Shown here: positions 1-14,837 of the stretch, one piece after another
How the letters are laid out: every line of letters begins with the position of its first letter
Position numbering within the stretch: the first letter of the stretch is position 1
Origin: Candidatus Limnocylindrales bacterium
GTDB lineage: Bacteria; Chloroflexota; Limnocylindria; Limnocylindrales; CSP1-4
Reading direction: 5' to 3'
NCBI GenBank assembly: GCA_036555445.1
Contig: DATBLH010000011.1
Coordinates: 30,528 to 94,527, forward strand
DNA length: 64,000 nucleotides
Notes under the pieces: generated by a model
The model's database searches: none
Told to the model about the DNA's origin: nothing
What the model saw: only the letters and a program-made list of their open reading frames with translations
Made by a program: the position numbers and the translations under genes

Positions 1-851
1 CGGCGCTCCACCTCCGGCTCCATCCCGGACACGAAGTACTCGCGAGGCAGGCCCAGCCGCTTGCCGCGCAGCCAGGCGGCAGCCTCGTCGTCCCCGTCGG
101 GAAGTGCGACGAGCTCGGCAGGGACATCGACCGGTGCGGAGGTGGAATCGCGCTCGTCACGACCCGCCACCGCATGGAGCAGGGCCGCGGCGTCCCGCAC
201 GTCGCGCGCGAATGGGCCGATCTGGTCGAGCGACGAAGCGAAGGCCACGATCCCGTACCGGCTGACGCGACCATAGGTCGGCTTCAGCCCCACGACCCCG
301 CACAGGGCGGCGGGCTGGCGGATCGAGCCACCGGTGTCGGTGCCGATCGACAGCGGCACGTGGCGGGCGGCCACCGCGGCCGCCGATCCCCCGCTGCTGC
401 CGCCCGGCACCGTATCCAGGTCCCACGGGTTGGAGACCGGGCCATAGGCCGAGTACTCCGTGGACGAGCCCATCGCGAACTCGTCCATGTTCGTCTTGCC
501 CAGGATCACCGAACCGGCGTCGCGGAGGCGCTCGGTGATGTGGGCGTCGTAGGGGGCGACATAGCCCTCGAGGATCCGCGAGCCTGCCGTGCACGGTCCC
601 CCGGCGATCGACACCAGGTCCTTGAGCGCGACCGGGACGCCGACCAGTGGATGGAGCGCGTCGATGGCGGCCTCACCGGCGGCTCGGGCCGCCGTGATCC
701 GGGTATCGGCTGCGTCGGCCTCGGCGAGGGCCCGCTCGTCGTCGATCGTGCGCCAGGCGTTGATTGCACCGTTCTGCCGGTGGGCACGTGCCAGGTGCGA
801 TTCGGCCAGCCCTCGAGCCGTCAGCTCGCCCGTCCGGAGCCCGGAGGCCAT
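1..851 (-). CDS. gatA: Glu-tRNA(Gln)/Asp-tRNA(Asn) amidotransferase subunit A (GatA), 3' end cut by window edge
   Basis: Manual minus-strand translation from ATG (cat at 849-851): [20 protein letters not shown]...[21 protein letters not shown]...[19 protein letters not shown] (amidase signature). Absent from the ORF track because it runs off the window start without a stop. Confidence 0.85.
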   Translation of the reverse strand, partial: MASGLRTGELTARGLAESHLARAHRQNGAINAWRTIDDERALAEADAADTRITAARAAGEAAIDALHPLVGVPVALKDLVSIAGGPCTAGSRILEGYVAPYDAHITERLRDAGSVILGKTNMDEFAMGSSTEYSAYGPVSNPWDLDTVPGGSSGGSAAAVAARHVPLSIGTDTGGSIRQPAALCGVVGLKPTYGRVSRYGIVAFASSLDQIGPFARDVRDAAALLHAVAGRDERDSTSAPVDVPAELVALPDGDDEAAAWLRGKRLGLPREYFVSGMEPEVER

Positions 852-880
852 CGCATGGGCCGTCAGCCCGGTCGGGTCCG

Positions 881-1186
881 TCACGCTCCGGACTCCCTGC
901 CCAGGATCGCCGGCACCACGATGTAGTCCCCGTCTCGTTCGGCAGCATTGGCGAGGACCGCCTCGCTCGGGAGCGACGGACCGGCCACGTCCTCGCGCAG
1001 GATGTTCTCGAGCTCGATCGTCTGGGCCGTGGGCGCGATGTGGTCGGTGGGGACCTCGGCCAGCTTCGCGTACTGTTCGAGGATGTGATTGAGCTGGCCC
1101 TCGAGCCGGCTCAGTTCCTCCTCATCGAGGCCGAGACGAGCCAGGTAGGCGACGTGCTCGACGTCGGTCCGGGACAGGTTCGCCAT
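881..1186 (-). CDS. gatC: amidotransferase subunit C (GatC)
   Basis: ORF 881..1315 trimmed to the conserved start [39 protein letters not shown]... (about 101 aa). Lies directly upstream of gatA on the same strand. Confidence 0.85.
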   Translation of the reverse strand: MANLSRTDVEHVAYLARLGLDEEELSRLEGQLNHILEQYAKLAEVPTDHIAPTAQTIELENILREDVAGPSLPSEAVLANAAERDGDYIVVPAILGRESGA

Positions 1187-1224
1187 CTCCCGATCATATC
1201 CCGGCCCCCGATCCACTCCCCCGG

Positions 1225-1700
1225 TTGACCGAGGCTCCACCGGACCAACGTCCGGTTCCGGATGACCCGTTGGGGGATGACCACACGGATCCCTGGCCGG
1301 GCACGATGACGGCACCGATGTGGGTCACGAATGCTCTGGATCGCGCCCGACGCGCCATTGTTGGCAGCCCAGACGCGGAGCCGCTTCCGCTCGCCGAAGC
1401 TGCCCCGGTCGACGTGCCCTGTGACGTCGTGATCGCGGTGGGTCGCCCGGACCTGGACCGGCTCATGGGCGCGCTGGTCGCCTCGCTCGATCCCCACATG
1501 GCCCGCCCGGACTCGCCCCGGCGCCTGGAGGGAGCGCTCGCTACCGCCATCCAGCGCGTTGGAGGTCACGGCACCCCGGTCGTCACCCGTAGCCCCGCCG
1601 GTCTCTACACCCCCGAGTCCTGGCAGCTCCGGGTCGACGGCGCCGACGGCGCAACCCGATCCGCACTGGACCGGCTCGCCTCCGGCTCTCGCATCGCCTG

Positions 1701-1701
<1 letters not shown>
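1225..1701 (+). CDS. hypothetical protein; start uncertain (TTG at 1225, or ATG at 1306)
   Basis: ORF 1225..1701 with protein-like composition. Its stop overlaps the start of the next ORF (TGATG at 1698-1703), implying co-translation. No family recognised. Confidence 0.4.
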
Positions 1702-4931
<3,230 letters not shown>

Positions 4932-4935
<4 letters not shown>

Positions 4936-5507
4936 CCTGGCCGGTCCTGGCGACCGCCCGTCTCCGTCTGCGGGCATGGAATGACAACGATCGCGCCCCG
5001 TTCGCCGCCCTCAACGCCGACCCGCAAGTCCGCGAGCACTTCGTCGGGGTCCTGACGCGGGAGGAGAGCGACGCCTTCGTCGACCGCATCCAGACCCGGT
5101 TCGCAGCTCGCGGCTACGGCCTCTGGGCCGTGGAACGAATCGACGACGGTCGGTTTCTGGGCTACACCGGCCTCGCGCACTGGGATTGGCCGGGCGTGCC
5201 GTTCACGCCGTGCGTCGAGATCGGATGGCGGCTCGCCAGGGAGGCATGGGGACAGGGCTACGCGACGGAAGCCGCTCGCGCCGTCCTCGCGTTTGGCTTC
5301 GGGTCGGCGGCCCTCGACGAGATCGTCTCGTTCACCACGCCGGCGAACCGGCGCTCGTGGGCCGTCATGGAGCGGCTGGGCATGGTTCGCGATCCGCACG
5401 GCGACTTCGACCATCCCGAGGTTCCGGTTGGTCATCCGGTGCGGCCGCATGTTCTCTATCGGTTGAGCCGCGAGCGATGGCTCGCCCTCGGCGGAACCCT
5501 GACCTAG
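4932..5507 (+). CDS. GNAT family N-acetyltransferase (RimJ/RimL-like)
   Basis: ORF 4821..5507 trimmed to the ATG at 4932 (ATGA overlap with the upstream stop). Motifs: WNDNDRAPF, GYTGLAHWDWPG, GQGYATEAARAVLAFGF. Confidence 0.75.
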
Positions 5508-6586
5508 TCCGAAGGCCGCACGTAGCGACGGTCGAGCTCGGCGGCCGATCGGACGCCGAGGAGCGCGAGAGCCCGCTCGGTCTCGTCGCGCAACAGCTGG
5601 AACGCGCGCGCGACACCGTCGGACCCCCCGGTCGCCAGCGCCCACATGATCGGGCGGCCGAGGAACACGGCTCGCGCGCCGAGGGCCAGCGCCGTCACGA
5701 CGTCGGTCCCGCGCCGGATCCCGCCGTCGAGGTAGACCTCGGCATCGACGCCGAGAGCATCCACGATCCCGGCCAGCGCATCGATCGGCGCGGGCACCCG
5801 GTCGAGCTGCCGGCCTCCGTGATTGCTGACCCAGACGGCAGCCACCCCCTGGTCGACGGCTCGCCGGGCGTCGTCGGGATCGAGGATGCCCTTGACCACC
5901 AGCGGCAGGCTGGACCAGCTCGCGATCCGGCCCAGGTCGTCCCAGCCGAGGGCCACGTGACGCATGTCGACGAGCGCGTCCCAGTCGCCGTCGTACTCGG
6001 CCCTGCGGGGGAAGTTCCCGTAGGCATCGGGTCCCGGATCGAAGGCATGGCGGCGGTCCCGGTCGCGCGTTCCGAGGACCGGCAGGTCCACCGTGAGCAC
6101 GATCGCCTCGTATCCGCAGGCCGCGGCGCGCTCGACGAGCGCCCGCGCGACCGGGCGGTCGCGGTGGACGTAGAGCTGGAACCAGCGACGAGCCCCTGGT
6201 GCTGCGGCCGAGACCTCCTCCATTGATCGCGAGGACACGGTGGACAGCGTGAAGATCGCCCCCTCGGCGGCCGCACCGCTCAGGGTGGCGACCTCACCGT
6301 CGGGGTGGGCGAGGCGATGGTGCGCCATGGGCGCCACACCGAACACCGGCGTCCGCCGTCCCAGGACGCTCGTTGTCGTGTCGATGCTGGTCGTGTCGAC
6401 GAGCACCCGCGGCAGGAGGCGATACCGCCGCCAAGCCGCCAGGTTCTCGTCCAGCGAGACCTCGTCGAACGCGCCGCCGGCCACGTAGTCGTAGGCAGCA
6501 GGCGTCATCCGCGCCCTGGCCAGGGTCTCGAAGTCGGCCAGGCGAACGATCGCGTCGAGCTCGGGATTCCGCTCGGAATCGGCCAT
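5504..6586 (-). CDS. FMN-dependent alpha-hydroxy-acid dehydrogenase (L-lactate dehydrogenase/glycolate oxidase family)
   Basis: ORF trimmed to MADSERNPELDAIVRLADFE... Motifs: VSNHGGRQLD, FQLYV, LGRPIMWAL. The stop shares CTAG with the convergent GNAT stop. Confidence 0.8.
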   Translation of the reverse strand: MADSERNPELDAIVRLADFETLARARMTPAAYDYVAGGAFDEVSLDENLAAWRRYRLLPRVLVDTTSIDTTTSVLGRRTPVFGVAPMAHHRLAHPDGEVATLSGAAAEGAIFTLSTVSSRSMEEVSAAAPGARRWFQLYVHRDRPVARALVERAAACGYEAIVLTVDLPVLGTRDRDRRHAFDPGPDAYGNFPRRAEYDGDWDALVDMRHVALGWDDLGRIASWSSLPLVVKGILDPDDARRAVDQGVAAVWVSNHGGRQLDRVPAPIDALAGIVDALGVDAEVYLDGGIRRGTDVVTALALGARAVFLGRPIMWALATGGSDGVARAFQLLRDETERALALLGVRSAAELDRRYVRPSD

Positions 6587-6588
6587 CG

Positions 6589-9297
6589 TCAGCCGACGAT
6601 GTCGAGATTGGCGAGGCTGGCGAGCATCGTCTTGCGTCCGACGACAGGATCGCGGAATGCGACCGTGACCTCCTCGTCCGAACGGGTCAGCTTGGAGGTG
6701 ACGACGATCCCGTCTCCCCACCGAGCGTGATGCACGCGATCCCCATCCCGGTACCGGCGCTCACCCGGGATGACGGGTCGGTCCGGGCGTGAGCGCACGG
6801 ACGCCGGGGTGGCGGCCGGCTCGGCGTCAGAATCGGGTTCCGGCGCGTCCTCGTCCCAGCGCATCGCGCCGGTGGCCAGCGAACCGGATCGTGCCCCGGC
6901 GGCAAAGGCCTCGCGTCGCGCGGCCAGGTCCCGGGTGGGCTGGAACGACTCGCCGGGCCTGGGTGCTCCCGGTCGACCGCTCCCCTGCCGGTATGCTCCG
7001 CCGCCGGCGCGGATCGGCGTGCCAAGGCGGCTCACCCGTCGACCGCCGAACACGAGATCGAGCTCCAGCCCGGCGTCCGCCTCGTCCGGGCCGCCGTCGA
7101 GTCGCGGGCCCTCCATCAGAGCGGCCGGGATCTCGAACAGGAACCGGGACGGCACGCTCATCTGGCCCATCCCCCACGTCGCTCGCCGCCACGCGTGGGA
7201 GAGGTACAGGCGGCGCTTCGCGCGGGTGATGCCCACGTAGGCCAGGCGACGCTCCTCCTCGAGCTCCTTCTCGTCGTCGAGCGCGCGGCTGTGCGGAAAC
7301 ACGCCCTCCTCGAGGCCCGCGATGAACACGATCGGGAACTCGAGGCCCTTCGCCGCATGGAGTGTGATCATCGTCACGGCATCCGCGCCGCCCTCGTAGC
7401 TGTCCTGGTCGGCGACGAGCGCGGTCTCCTCGAGCAGCCGGTCGAGGGCGTCGTCCGGCGTGAGATCGTCGTAGCGGGTCGTGACCGAGCGCAACTCGAG
7501 CAGGTTCGCCCAGCGATCCTCGCCGTCCTCGGACCCGTCGGCGAGCATCGCGCGATAGCCCGATCGCTCCAGCACCTCGTCCAGGAGCTCGGGGAGCGGC
7601 AGGGTCCCGATCCGCGTGCGCAGGCGCCGGACGAGCGAGGCGAACTCTGCCAGCGACGTTCGCGCCCGCGTGGCCAGGCCCTCGGCTTCGCCCCGCGCCG
7701 CGCGCTCGATCGCCTCCCAATAGGTGACGCCCTCGCGCGCGACCACCGCCCGCAACGCCTCGATCGACTTGTCCCCGATCGCGCGCGCCGGCACGTTGAT
7801 GATCCGTTCGAAGCTCACCACATCGGAGTCCGAGCGCAGGATCCGGAGATAGGCGAGCGCGTCCTTGATCTCACGTCGCTGGTAGAACCGCGTGCCGCCG
7901 ACGAGCTGGTAGCGGATCCCGTGTCGGAGGAACGATTCCTCGATCGCCCGGGACTGCGCATTCATCCGGTACATGACGGCCACGTCCTGGGGACGGACGG
8001 TGCCCAGGTCATCGGTCTCATCGGCGCGACGGGTGAGGACGGCGCCGCGACCCCCCACCAGGGTCTCCACCTGGCGCGCGATCCACTCCGCCTCCTCCTC
8101 CTCGTTGTAGGCCTCGAAACGCTGGATCGCCCGGCCAACCTCGAGATCCGTCCACAGCTTCTTGTCCTTGCGCGCCTGGTTCCGAGAGACGACCGCGTGA
8201 GCGGCATCGAGGATCAGCTGCGTCGAGCGGTAGTTGCGCTCGAGCTTCACCACCGTCGCCTGCTTCCAGTCGCGCTCGAAGTCGAGGATGTTGCGGATGT
8301 CTGCACCACGCCAGGAGTAGATCGACTGGTCGTCGTCACCCACCACGCACAGGTTGCCGTGACGGGCGGCGAGCGCCCGCACCCACAGGTATTGCGGACG
8401 GTTCGTGTCCTGGTATTCGTCCACGTGGAGATAGCGCCACCGGTCCTGGTAGCGCGCGAGGACGTCCGGTGCCTCCTCGAACAGTCGCACCGCCTCGAGG
8501 AGCAGGTCGTCGAAGTCGAGCGCACCCGCCGATCGGAGACGCTCCTGGTAGCGGGTGGCAAGCCGCGCGATCACGCGCTCCCGGCGGTTCACCGCGTTGT
8601 CGGCGATGAACGACGGGTCGAGCATCTCGTTCTTCGCCCGGCTGATCGCGCCGAGCACGATCGACGGCCGGAACTCGCCGGTGAGCGGCAGGTCCTCCTC
8701 GCGCAGGATCTGCTTCATGAGCTGCTGCTGATCGTCGGTGTCGTAGACGACGAAGCGGCGGTCGATGCCGATCGCCTCGCCGTCGCGCCGCAGGACGCGG
8801 GCGCACAGCGAGTGGAACGTCCCCGCCTGGACGTCCTTCCCGGCCTCGCCCGCGAGATGGATGATCCGCTCCCGCAACTCGGCGGCCGCGCGGTTCGTGA
8901 ACGTGACGGCCAGGATCCGCCACGGCGGAACGTTCTTGACGCCGGTCAGATAGGCGATCCGGTGGGCCAGCACACGGGTCTTGCCGCTGCCGGCGCCGGC
9001 GAGGATCAGGAGCGGACCATCCGTCGTCGTGACGGCGCGTGCCTGCTCGGGGTTGAGGTGCGACAGGATCCGCGCCTCGCGCTCCGCGGCAGTTCGCGCC
9101 CAGGCTTCCTCGATCGCCGCTCGAGCGGCCGGGTCGGCGGCCAGCGCCGGATCGGCGGGGAGAGCCGCTTCGCGCAGCCAGTCGGGTTCCTGGAGCGCAG
9201 CCGGCGCGCGTTCATCCTCGACGAAGGCGGTGCCGGCGTGCTCCTGGGCATCCTCGATCGAGGTGCCGCGACGTCGGCGGCCGGCCTTGGGACTCAC
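6589..9297 (-). CDS. pcrA: ATP-dependent DNA helicase PcrA/UvrD family, with an N-terminal extension of about 80 aa and a C-terminal Tudor-like domain
   Basis: 902 aa. Motifs: LNPEQARAV, GAGSGKTRVL (Walker A), VDEYQDTN, VGDDDQSIYSWRGA, and the C-terminal GDRVHHARWGDGIVV. GTG start at 9297. Confidence 0.9.
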   Translation of the reverse strand: MSPKAGRRRRGTSIEDAQEHAGTAFVEDERAPAALQEPDWLREAALPADPALAADPAARAAIEEAWARTAAEREARILSHLNPEQARAVTTTDGPLLILAGAGSGKTRVLAHRIAYLTGVKNVPPWRILAVTFTNRAAAELRERIIHLAGEAGKDVQAGTFHSLCARVLRRDGEAIGIDRRFVVYDTDDQQQLMKQILREEDLPLTGEFRPSIVLGAISRAKNEMLDPSFIADNAVNRRERVIARLATRYQERLRSAGALDFDDLLLEAVRLFEEAPDVLARYQDRWRYLHVDEYQDTNRPQYLWVRALAARHGNLCVVGDDDQSIYSWRGADIRNILDFERDWKQATVVKLERNYRSTQLILDAAHAVVSRNQARKDKKLWTDLEVGRAIQRFEAYNEEEEAEWIARQVETLVGGRGAVLTRRADETDDLGTVRPQDVAVMYRMNAQSRAIEESFLRHGIRYQLVGGTRFYQRREIKDALAYLRILRSDSDVVSFERIINVPARAIGDKSIEALRAVVAREGVTYWEAIERAARGEAEGLATRARTSLAEFASLVRRLRTRIGTLPLPELLDEVLERSGYRAMLADGSEDGEDRWANLLELRSVTTRYDDLTPDDALDRLLEETALVADQDSYEGGADAVTMITLHAAKGLEFPIVFIAGLEEGVFPHSRALDDEKELEEERRLAYVGITRAKRRLYLSHAWRRATWGMGQMSVPSRFLFEIPAALMEGPRLDGGPDEADAGLELDLVFGGRRVSRLGTPIRAGGGAYRQGSGRPGAPRPGESFQPTRDLAARREAFAAGARSGSLATGAMRWDEDAPEPDSDAEPAATPASVRSRPDRPVIPGERRYRDGDRVHHARWGDGIVVTSKLTRSDEEVTVAFRDPVVGRKTMLASLANLDIVG

Positions 9298-9388
9298 CCG
9301 GTCATTGTAGGTCGGGGTCCGTTCCCGCTCACCTCATGATGAGGCCCGCCCGATGACTCGGACGGGCCGGAAATGCGTGCCGGTACGC

Positions 9389-10156
9389 CTACGGGGCGAC
9401 CTGGTCCGCCGGCGGCTCGGTGACGGTGATCGTGCCGTCGTACGTCATGTCGAAGGTTGCGGTCACGCTTCCCTGCGCCTGGGCATCGACGCCGAGGGCG
9501 ATCTTGGCCGGTCGCAGGTCGTTCTTGCGCGCCCAGTAGTCGAACGTCATCGAGAACGGCATCGTGCCGGCTTCCGAAGCGCCCAGCTGGGCGAGCTGCT
9601 CGCTCGTGAGCGCGAACTTGACGTGGTAACAGTCAGTGTCGCCGCACTTCTCGTCGGCCTCCTTGGTCGGCGCCGACGGGAGCTTGTCCAGCGCCGCCTT
9701 GAGCTCATCGACCGACTTCTGGACCGCTGCCGGATCCGCCGGCGTGTCGGCGCCGAACGAGCTCACATCGGTCTTCGTGAACTTGCCCGTGGCGTCTCCG
9801 CCGGCCATCGAGGCGAGCGGCCCGAGGATCCGGAACCAGGCGGTCTTGTCGATCACGATCGCTTCGACCTTGGTGCCCAGGAAGGACGGCGCATCGAGGG
9901 TCAGGCTGGCCTTCTTGGCGGCGACGTCCATCGCCATCGAGAGGGTCGTGCCGTCGAGGGCGATGCTTCCCATCCCTTCGGCGGTCACGCTCCCGGTGAG
10001 CGAGCCCTTGATGTCGATCGTCTTGACGTCCTTGAGCGACTGGACGGACTGGGTCAGGATCTCCTTCGGATCCGTGAGCGCTGGGGCGGCCGGCGACGCA
10101 CACGCGACGAACGCGAGGGCGAACACGGCAAGGACGGAAACCAGTCGGCGGGTCAT
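9389..10156 (-). CDS. secreted lipoprotein (LolA/LppX-LprG-like, tentative)
   Basis: ORF trimmed to MTRRLVSVLAVFALAFVACAS (signal peptide plus lipobox). About 255 aa. Confidence 0.6.
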   Translation of the reverse strand: MTRRLVSVLAVFALAFVACASPAAPALTDPKEILTQSVQSLKDVKTIDIKGSLTGSVTAEGMGSIALDGTTLSMAMDVAAKKASLTLDAPSFLGTKVEAIVIDKTAWFRILGPLASMAGGDATGKFTKTDVSSFGADTPADPAAVQKSVDELKAALDKLPSAPTKEADEKCGDTDCYHVKFALTSEQLAQLGASEAGTMPFSMTFDYWARKNDLRPAKIALGVDAQAQGSVTATFDMTYDGTITVTEPPADQVAP

Positions 10157-10238
10157 GAAACCTCCCGGATGAGTGCGCGTGGACCCGCGAAGGTTCACCC
10201 TCGCGGGTCCCGGTGTCAACCGCCCCGTTGGTCCTGGT

Positions 10239-10631
10239 TCAGGAGCCCGGTGGGGCCGGCGGTGGCATCTGGGTGGTCGAAGCCGGTCCCCAGTCCGGAA
10301 CGGCAGGCGGCGGGGGCGGCATCAGCTGCTCGAGCTGGACCTCGATCCCGCCGACGAACCCCGCCACGAAGTTGTAGAGGAGGCACCCGATCGCGGTGAT
10401 GACCCAGCCGACGAGCGCGTAGATCACGGCAATGAGCACACCCCCGATGAGCAACCCGATCAGCCCGCCGCCCAGGCTGACGCCGGCGGGTTGCGGCACG
10501 CCGTTGATCGACACGGACGCGATCGCCAGGAACGGCACGAAGATGATGACGAGGACGAGGATCACGGCGACGTACATCGCCGCGACCATGTTCGCCGTCT
10601 TCACCACTCCGAAGCGCCGAATGCGAAACAT
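10239..10631 (-). CDS. small polytopic membrane protein with Pro-rich C-terminus (DUF3566-like, name from memory)
   Basis: 130 aa: MFRIRRFGVVKTANMVAAMYVAVILVLVII..., then two or three TM helices, then a PPPPAVPDWGP tail. Confidence 0.6.
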   Translation of the reverse strand: MFRIRRFGVVKTANMVAAMYVAVILVLVIIFVPFLAIASVSINGVPQPAGVSLGGGLIGLLIGGVLIAVIYALVGWVITAIGCLLYNFVAGFVGGIEVQLEQLMPPPPPAVPDWGPASTTQMPPPAPPGS

Positions 10632-10698
10632 CTCTCCCTCCTCGTACGGACTGTGTTCCGCAGTCTAGGGACCCATCGATGCGGCGGCCCGGAATCCA

Positions 10699-10725
10699 GA
10701 AGCCCGGACCGTGGGTCCGGGCTTC
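10699..10725 (-). terminator. GC-rich hairpin 3' of groEL (12-bp stem, gaagcccggacc / ggtccgggcttc)
   Basis: Perfect inverted repeat 22 nt downstream of the groEL stop. No clear U-tract follows. Confidence 0.35.
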
Positions 10726-10746
10726 GGCTGACTCGTTGGGGCTGGA

Positions 10747-12432
<1,686 letters not shown>

Positions 12433-12747
12433 TCAGTCCTCGACGATCGCGAGGATGTCCTTCTGGCTGACGATCAGGAGCTCCTCATCGTCGAGCTTGA
12501 ACTCGGTTCCCGCGTACTTTGCGTAGAGGACCTTCTGACCCTCCTTGAGGTCCATCTGCTCGCGCTTGCCGTCATCGAGGATGCGGCCCGGGCCGGCGGC
12601 GATGATCGTGCCCTCCTGGGGCTTCTCCTTGGCGGTGTCGGGCAGGACGATCCCGCTCTTCGTCATCTCCTCGCGCGGGGTGGGCCTGACGACGACGCGA
12701 TCGCCGAGCGGGCGGAGCTTGGTCGCGGAAGCGGTGGCGGTGGCCAA
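12433..12747 (-). CDS. groES: co-chaperonin GroES (TTG start)
   Basis: ORF 12433..12807 trimmed to the in-frame TTG, which sits 8 nt after an AGGAGG. Product (L)[21 protein letters not shown]... is 104 aa. Confidence 0.85.
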   Translation of the reverse strand: MATATASATKLRPLGDRVVVRPTPREEMTKSGIVLPDTAKEKPQEGTIIAAGPGRILDDGKREQMDLKEGQKVLYAKYAGTEFKLDDEELLIVSQKDILAIVED

Positions 12748-12928
12748 CGTGCGTACCTCCTGTGACGGCCAGCACGGACCGTCGGGACTGGACGGTGACG
12801 GGCTCACACGGCGACCGGATCGTGCCCGACGCCGGCGTCCCGATACTCCTCTGGTTGACTCCCGGCGTGGCCCTGGCGATCGGCGCCGAATCCGTGGCGC
12901 GCTCGCGGCACGTGGTTCGGGAGTCGCA

Positions 12929-12955
12929 TTAGCACTCTCATTGCGAGAGTGCTAG
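12929..12955. promoter_or_regulatory. CIRCE element (HrcA operator) upstream of groES-groEL
   Basis: TTAGCACTC-tcattgcga-GAGTGCTAG matches the consensus TTAGCACTC-N9-GAGTGCTAA. It lies about 180 nt upstream of the groES start. Confidence 0.85.
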
Positions 12956-13029
12956 AACAGTAGCGCGGGGCGTTCGGGGTTGTCAAGCGCCGCGCCGCAC
13001 CCTGCGCGTGGCAAACCGCCGCCGATTCG

Positions 13030-13647
13030 TCACCCGAGCGGGTGGGTGATGTCCAGCGTTACCGTGCGCGCCACCGGGTCTCCACCGAGCGCGACGCAGC
13101 CGTCGCCGGTATAGCCGACGACGATCCCGACCTGGCCTTCGGACTCGTCGAAAACGATCGTCTGCTTGATCGCGGCAAGGCCCCACCGTGCGTCGCGCTG
13201 GGTCGCGAACGCCGGGTTGCCCTGCTCGTCGGCGAGCGACATGCCGGTGAAGATCACGGTCAGGAAGTGGTCGCCGACGATGTCGATCAGGTCGCCGCTC
13301 CCGGCCATCGTAAACGGCGGCGTGGCGGCAGCCAGGTGCCCGACGGGCTCGACGGGCAGTTCCACGGTGTTGCCGAAGGTGAAGGTCAACCGATCCGCCG
13401 TCGGACCGGCGGCCGCGCTGAGCCCGGTCAGCGTGTTCGAGGGCAGCGCCCCGGTCGTCGCCGGTACGGGGCAGCCGCCGGGTGCGACCGACGGCGACGA
13501 CGATGCAGCCGAGGCAGACGGGCTCTCGGCTGAGCCGGATGGTGCCGCCGACGATGGCGCCGGCGTCGGCGAGGCCGGGGACGCGCAGCCGCCGGCGACC
13601 AGCGAGAGCACGATCGCAACGACGAGACCATGGCGGAGCGGGATCAT
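13030..13647 (-). CDS. lipoprotein with Ser/Pro/Ala-rich tether, unknown function
   Basis: ORF trimmed to MIPLRHGLVVAIVLSLVAGGCAS (lipobox). ATGA overlap with the tatD stop. Confidence 0.6.
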   Translation of the reverse strand: MIPLRHGLVVAIVLSLVAGGCASPASPTPAPSSAAPSGSAESPSASAASSSPSVAPGGCPVPATTGALPSNTLTGLSAAAGPTADRLTFTFGNTVELPVEPVGHLAAATPPFTMAGSGDLIDIVGDHFLTVIFTGMSLADEQGNPAFATQRDARWGLAAIKQTIVFDESEGQVGIVVGYTGDGCVALGGDPVARTVTLDITHPLG

Positions 13648-14438
13648 GCGGACCTCCCGGGACGCGGGAACAGGCGGTCGTAGCTCGCCACCAGCGTCGC
13701 CCCGAGGGTATCCGCGTCCACGCTGCGGCGCTCCGCGAGCCAGGACGCGGTCACCCGGACCCATTCCGGCTCGTTCCGCCGGCGCGGAGCACCGGGAGGC
13801 GAGAGGAACGGGGAATCGGTCTCGACCAGTACCCGATCGGCCGGGACCATGGCGGCGACCTCGGCCGAGGCCTCCTCCCCCGCCCGGAACGCAAGCCCGG
13901 AGAACGAGATCACGGCCCCGAGCCCGAGCATCGCTTCCGCGTAGTCGACCGGACCGGAGAACGAGTGGATGAGGGGTCGCGCCCCGTCGGCGCGTCGCAC
14001 CTCGTCGAGGAGTGCGTCCTGCGCATCCCGCCGGCCGTCGGCGGAGCGGCAGTGGAGGATCACCGGCTTGCCGGTCTCGATCCCGAGCCGGAGATTGCGT
14101 CGGAGGTTGGAGATCTGCGCCTCGGGCGGGCTGAACGCCCGATCGAAGTCGAGCCCCGTCTCGCCGATCGCGACGACCCGCGGGTCTGCGGCGAGGTCCG
14201 CGATGCGGTCCCAGCCCTCGGTGTCGACCGCCGCCGCGTCGTGCGGGTGGACGCCGGCCGAGGCGTCGAGCCATGGGAACCGCTCCACCAGCGCGAGCGA
14301 GCGTTCGGTCGACGCGACGTCCCAGCCGGGGACGAGAATCCGCTCGACCCCGGCCAGGCGCGCGCCGCCGAGGACGAGCTCGACGTCGCCGTCGAAGCGA
14401 TCGGCCTGGAGATGGGCGTGGGAATCGACCAGGCGCAC
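13644..14438 (-). CDS. tatD: TatD family metal-dependent hydrolase
   Basis: 264 aa: VDSHAHLQ..., GETGLDF, HCR, ETDSPFL. GTG start. Confidence 0.8.
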   Translation of the reverse strand: MRLVDSHAHLQADRFDGDVELVLGGARLAGVERILVPGWDVASTERSLALVERFPWLDASAGVHPHDAAAVDTEGWDRIADLAADPRVVAIGETGLDFDRAFSPPEAQISNLRRNLRLGIETGKPVILHCRSADGRRDAQDALLDEVRRADGARPLIHSFSGPVDYAEAMLGLGAVISFSGLAFRAGEEASAEVAAMVPADRVLVETDSPFLSPPGAPRRRNEPEWVRVTASWLAERRSVDADTLGATLVASYDRLFPRPGRSA

Positions 14439-14442
14439 CGGG

Positions 14443-14802
14443 TCAGGCGGGCAACGACTCCCAGAGGCCGATCTCGTTGCCCTCGGAGTCGAGCACCGTT
14501 GCCCAGCGACCCATGCCCGGAACGTCGGCGGGCGGGCTGACGATCGTGCCGCCGTGCTGCTCCGCCGTACGCACGGCGTCGTCGAGGCGATCGACCGTGA
14601 TGTAGTCGCGGATCACGGACCCGACGCTCTCCCCGCGCTTTCCCAGCCCGCCACCGGACCCCTCGCCGGTCCGGAACATGAAGTAGCCGGGAAAGCCTTC
14701 GGTCTCGTCGAATTCCCAGCCCGCAACCGCGCCGTAGAAGCGCTTCGCGCGGTCGACGTCATCTGCCGGGATCTCGATGTGGGTGATCTCGCCCTTCGCC
14801 AT
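14443..14802 (-). CDS. VOC (glyoxalase/bleomycin-resistance) family protein
   Basis: 119 aa: ITHIEIPADDVDRAKRFYGAVAGWEF. Confidence 0.7.
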   Translation of the reverse strand: MAKGEITHIEIPADDVDRAKRFYGAVAGWEFDETEGFPGYFMFRTGEGSGGGLGKRGESVGSVIRDYITVDRLDDAVRTAEQHGGTIVSPPADVPGMGRWATVLDSEGNEIGLWESLPA

Positions 14803-14837
14803 CGTGCACCTCCTCGATGCGTGTTTTGGGGGGGTTG

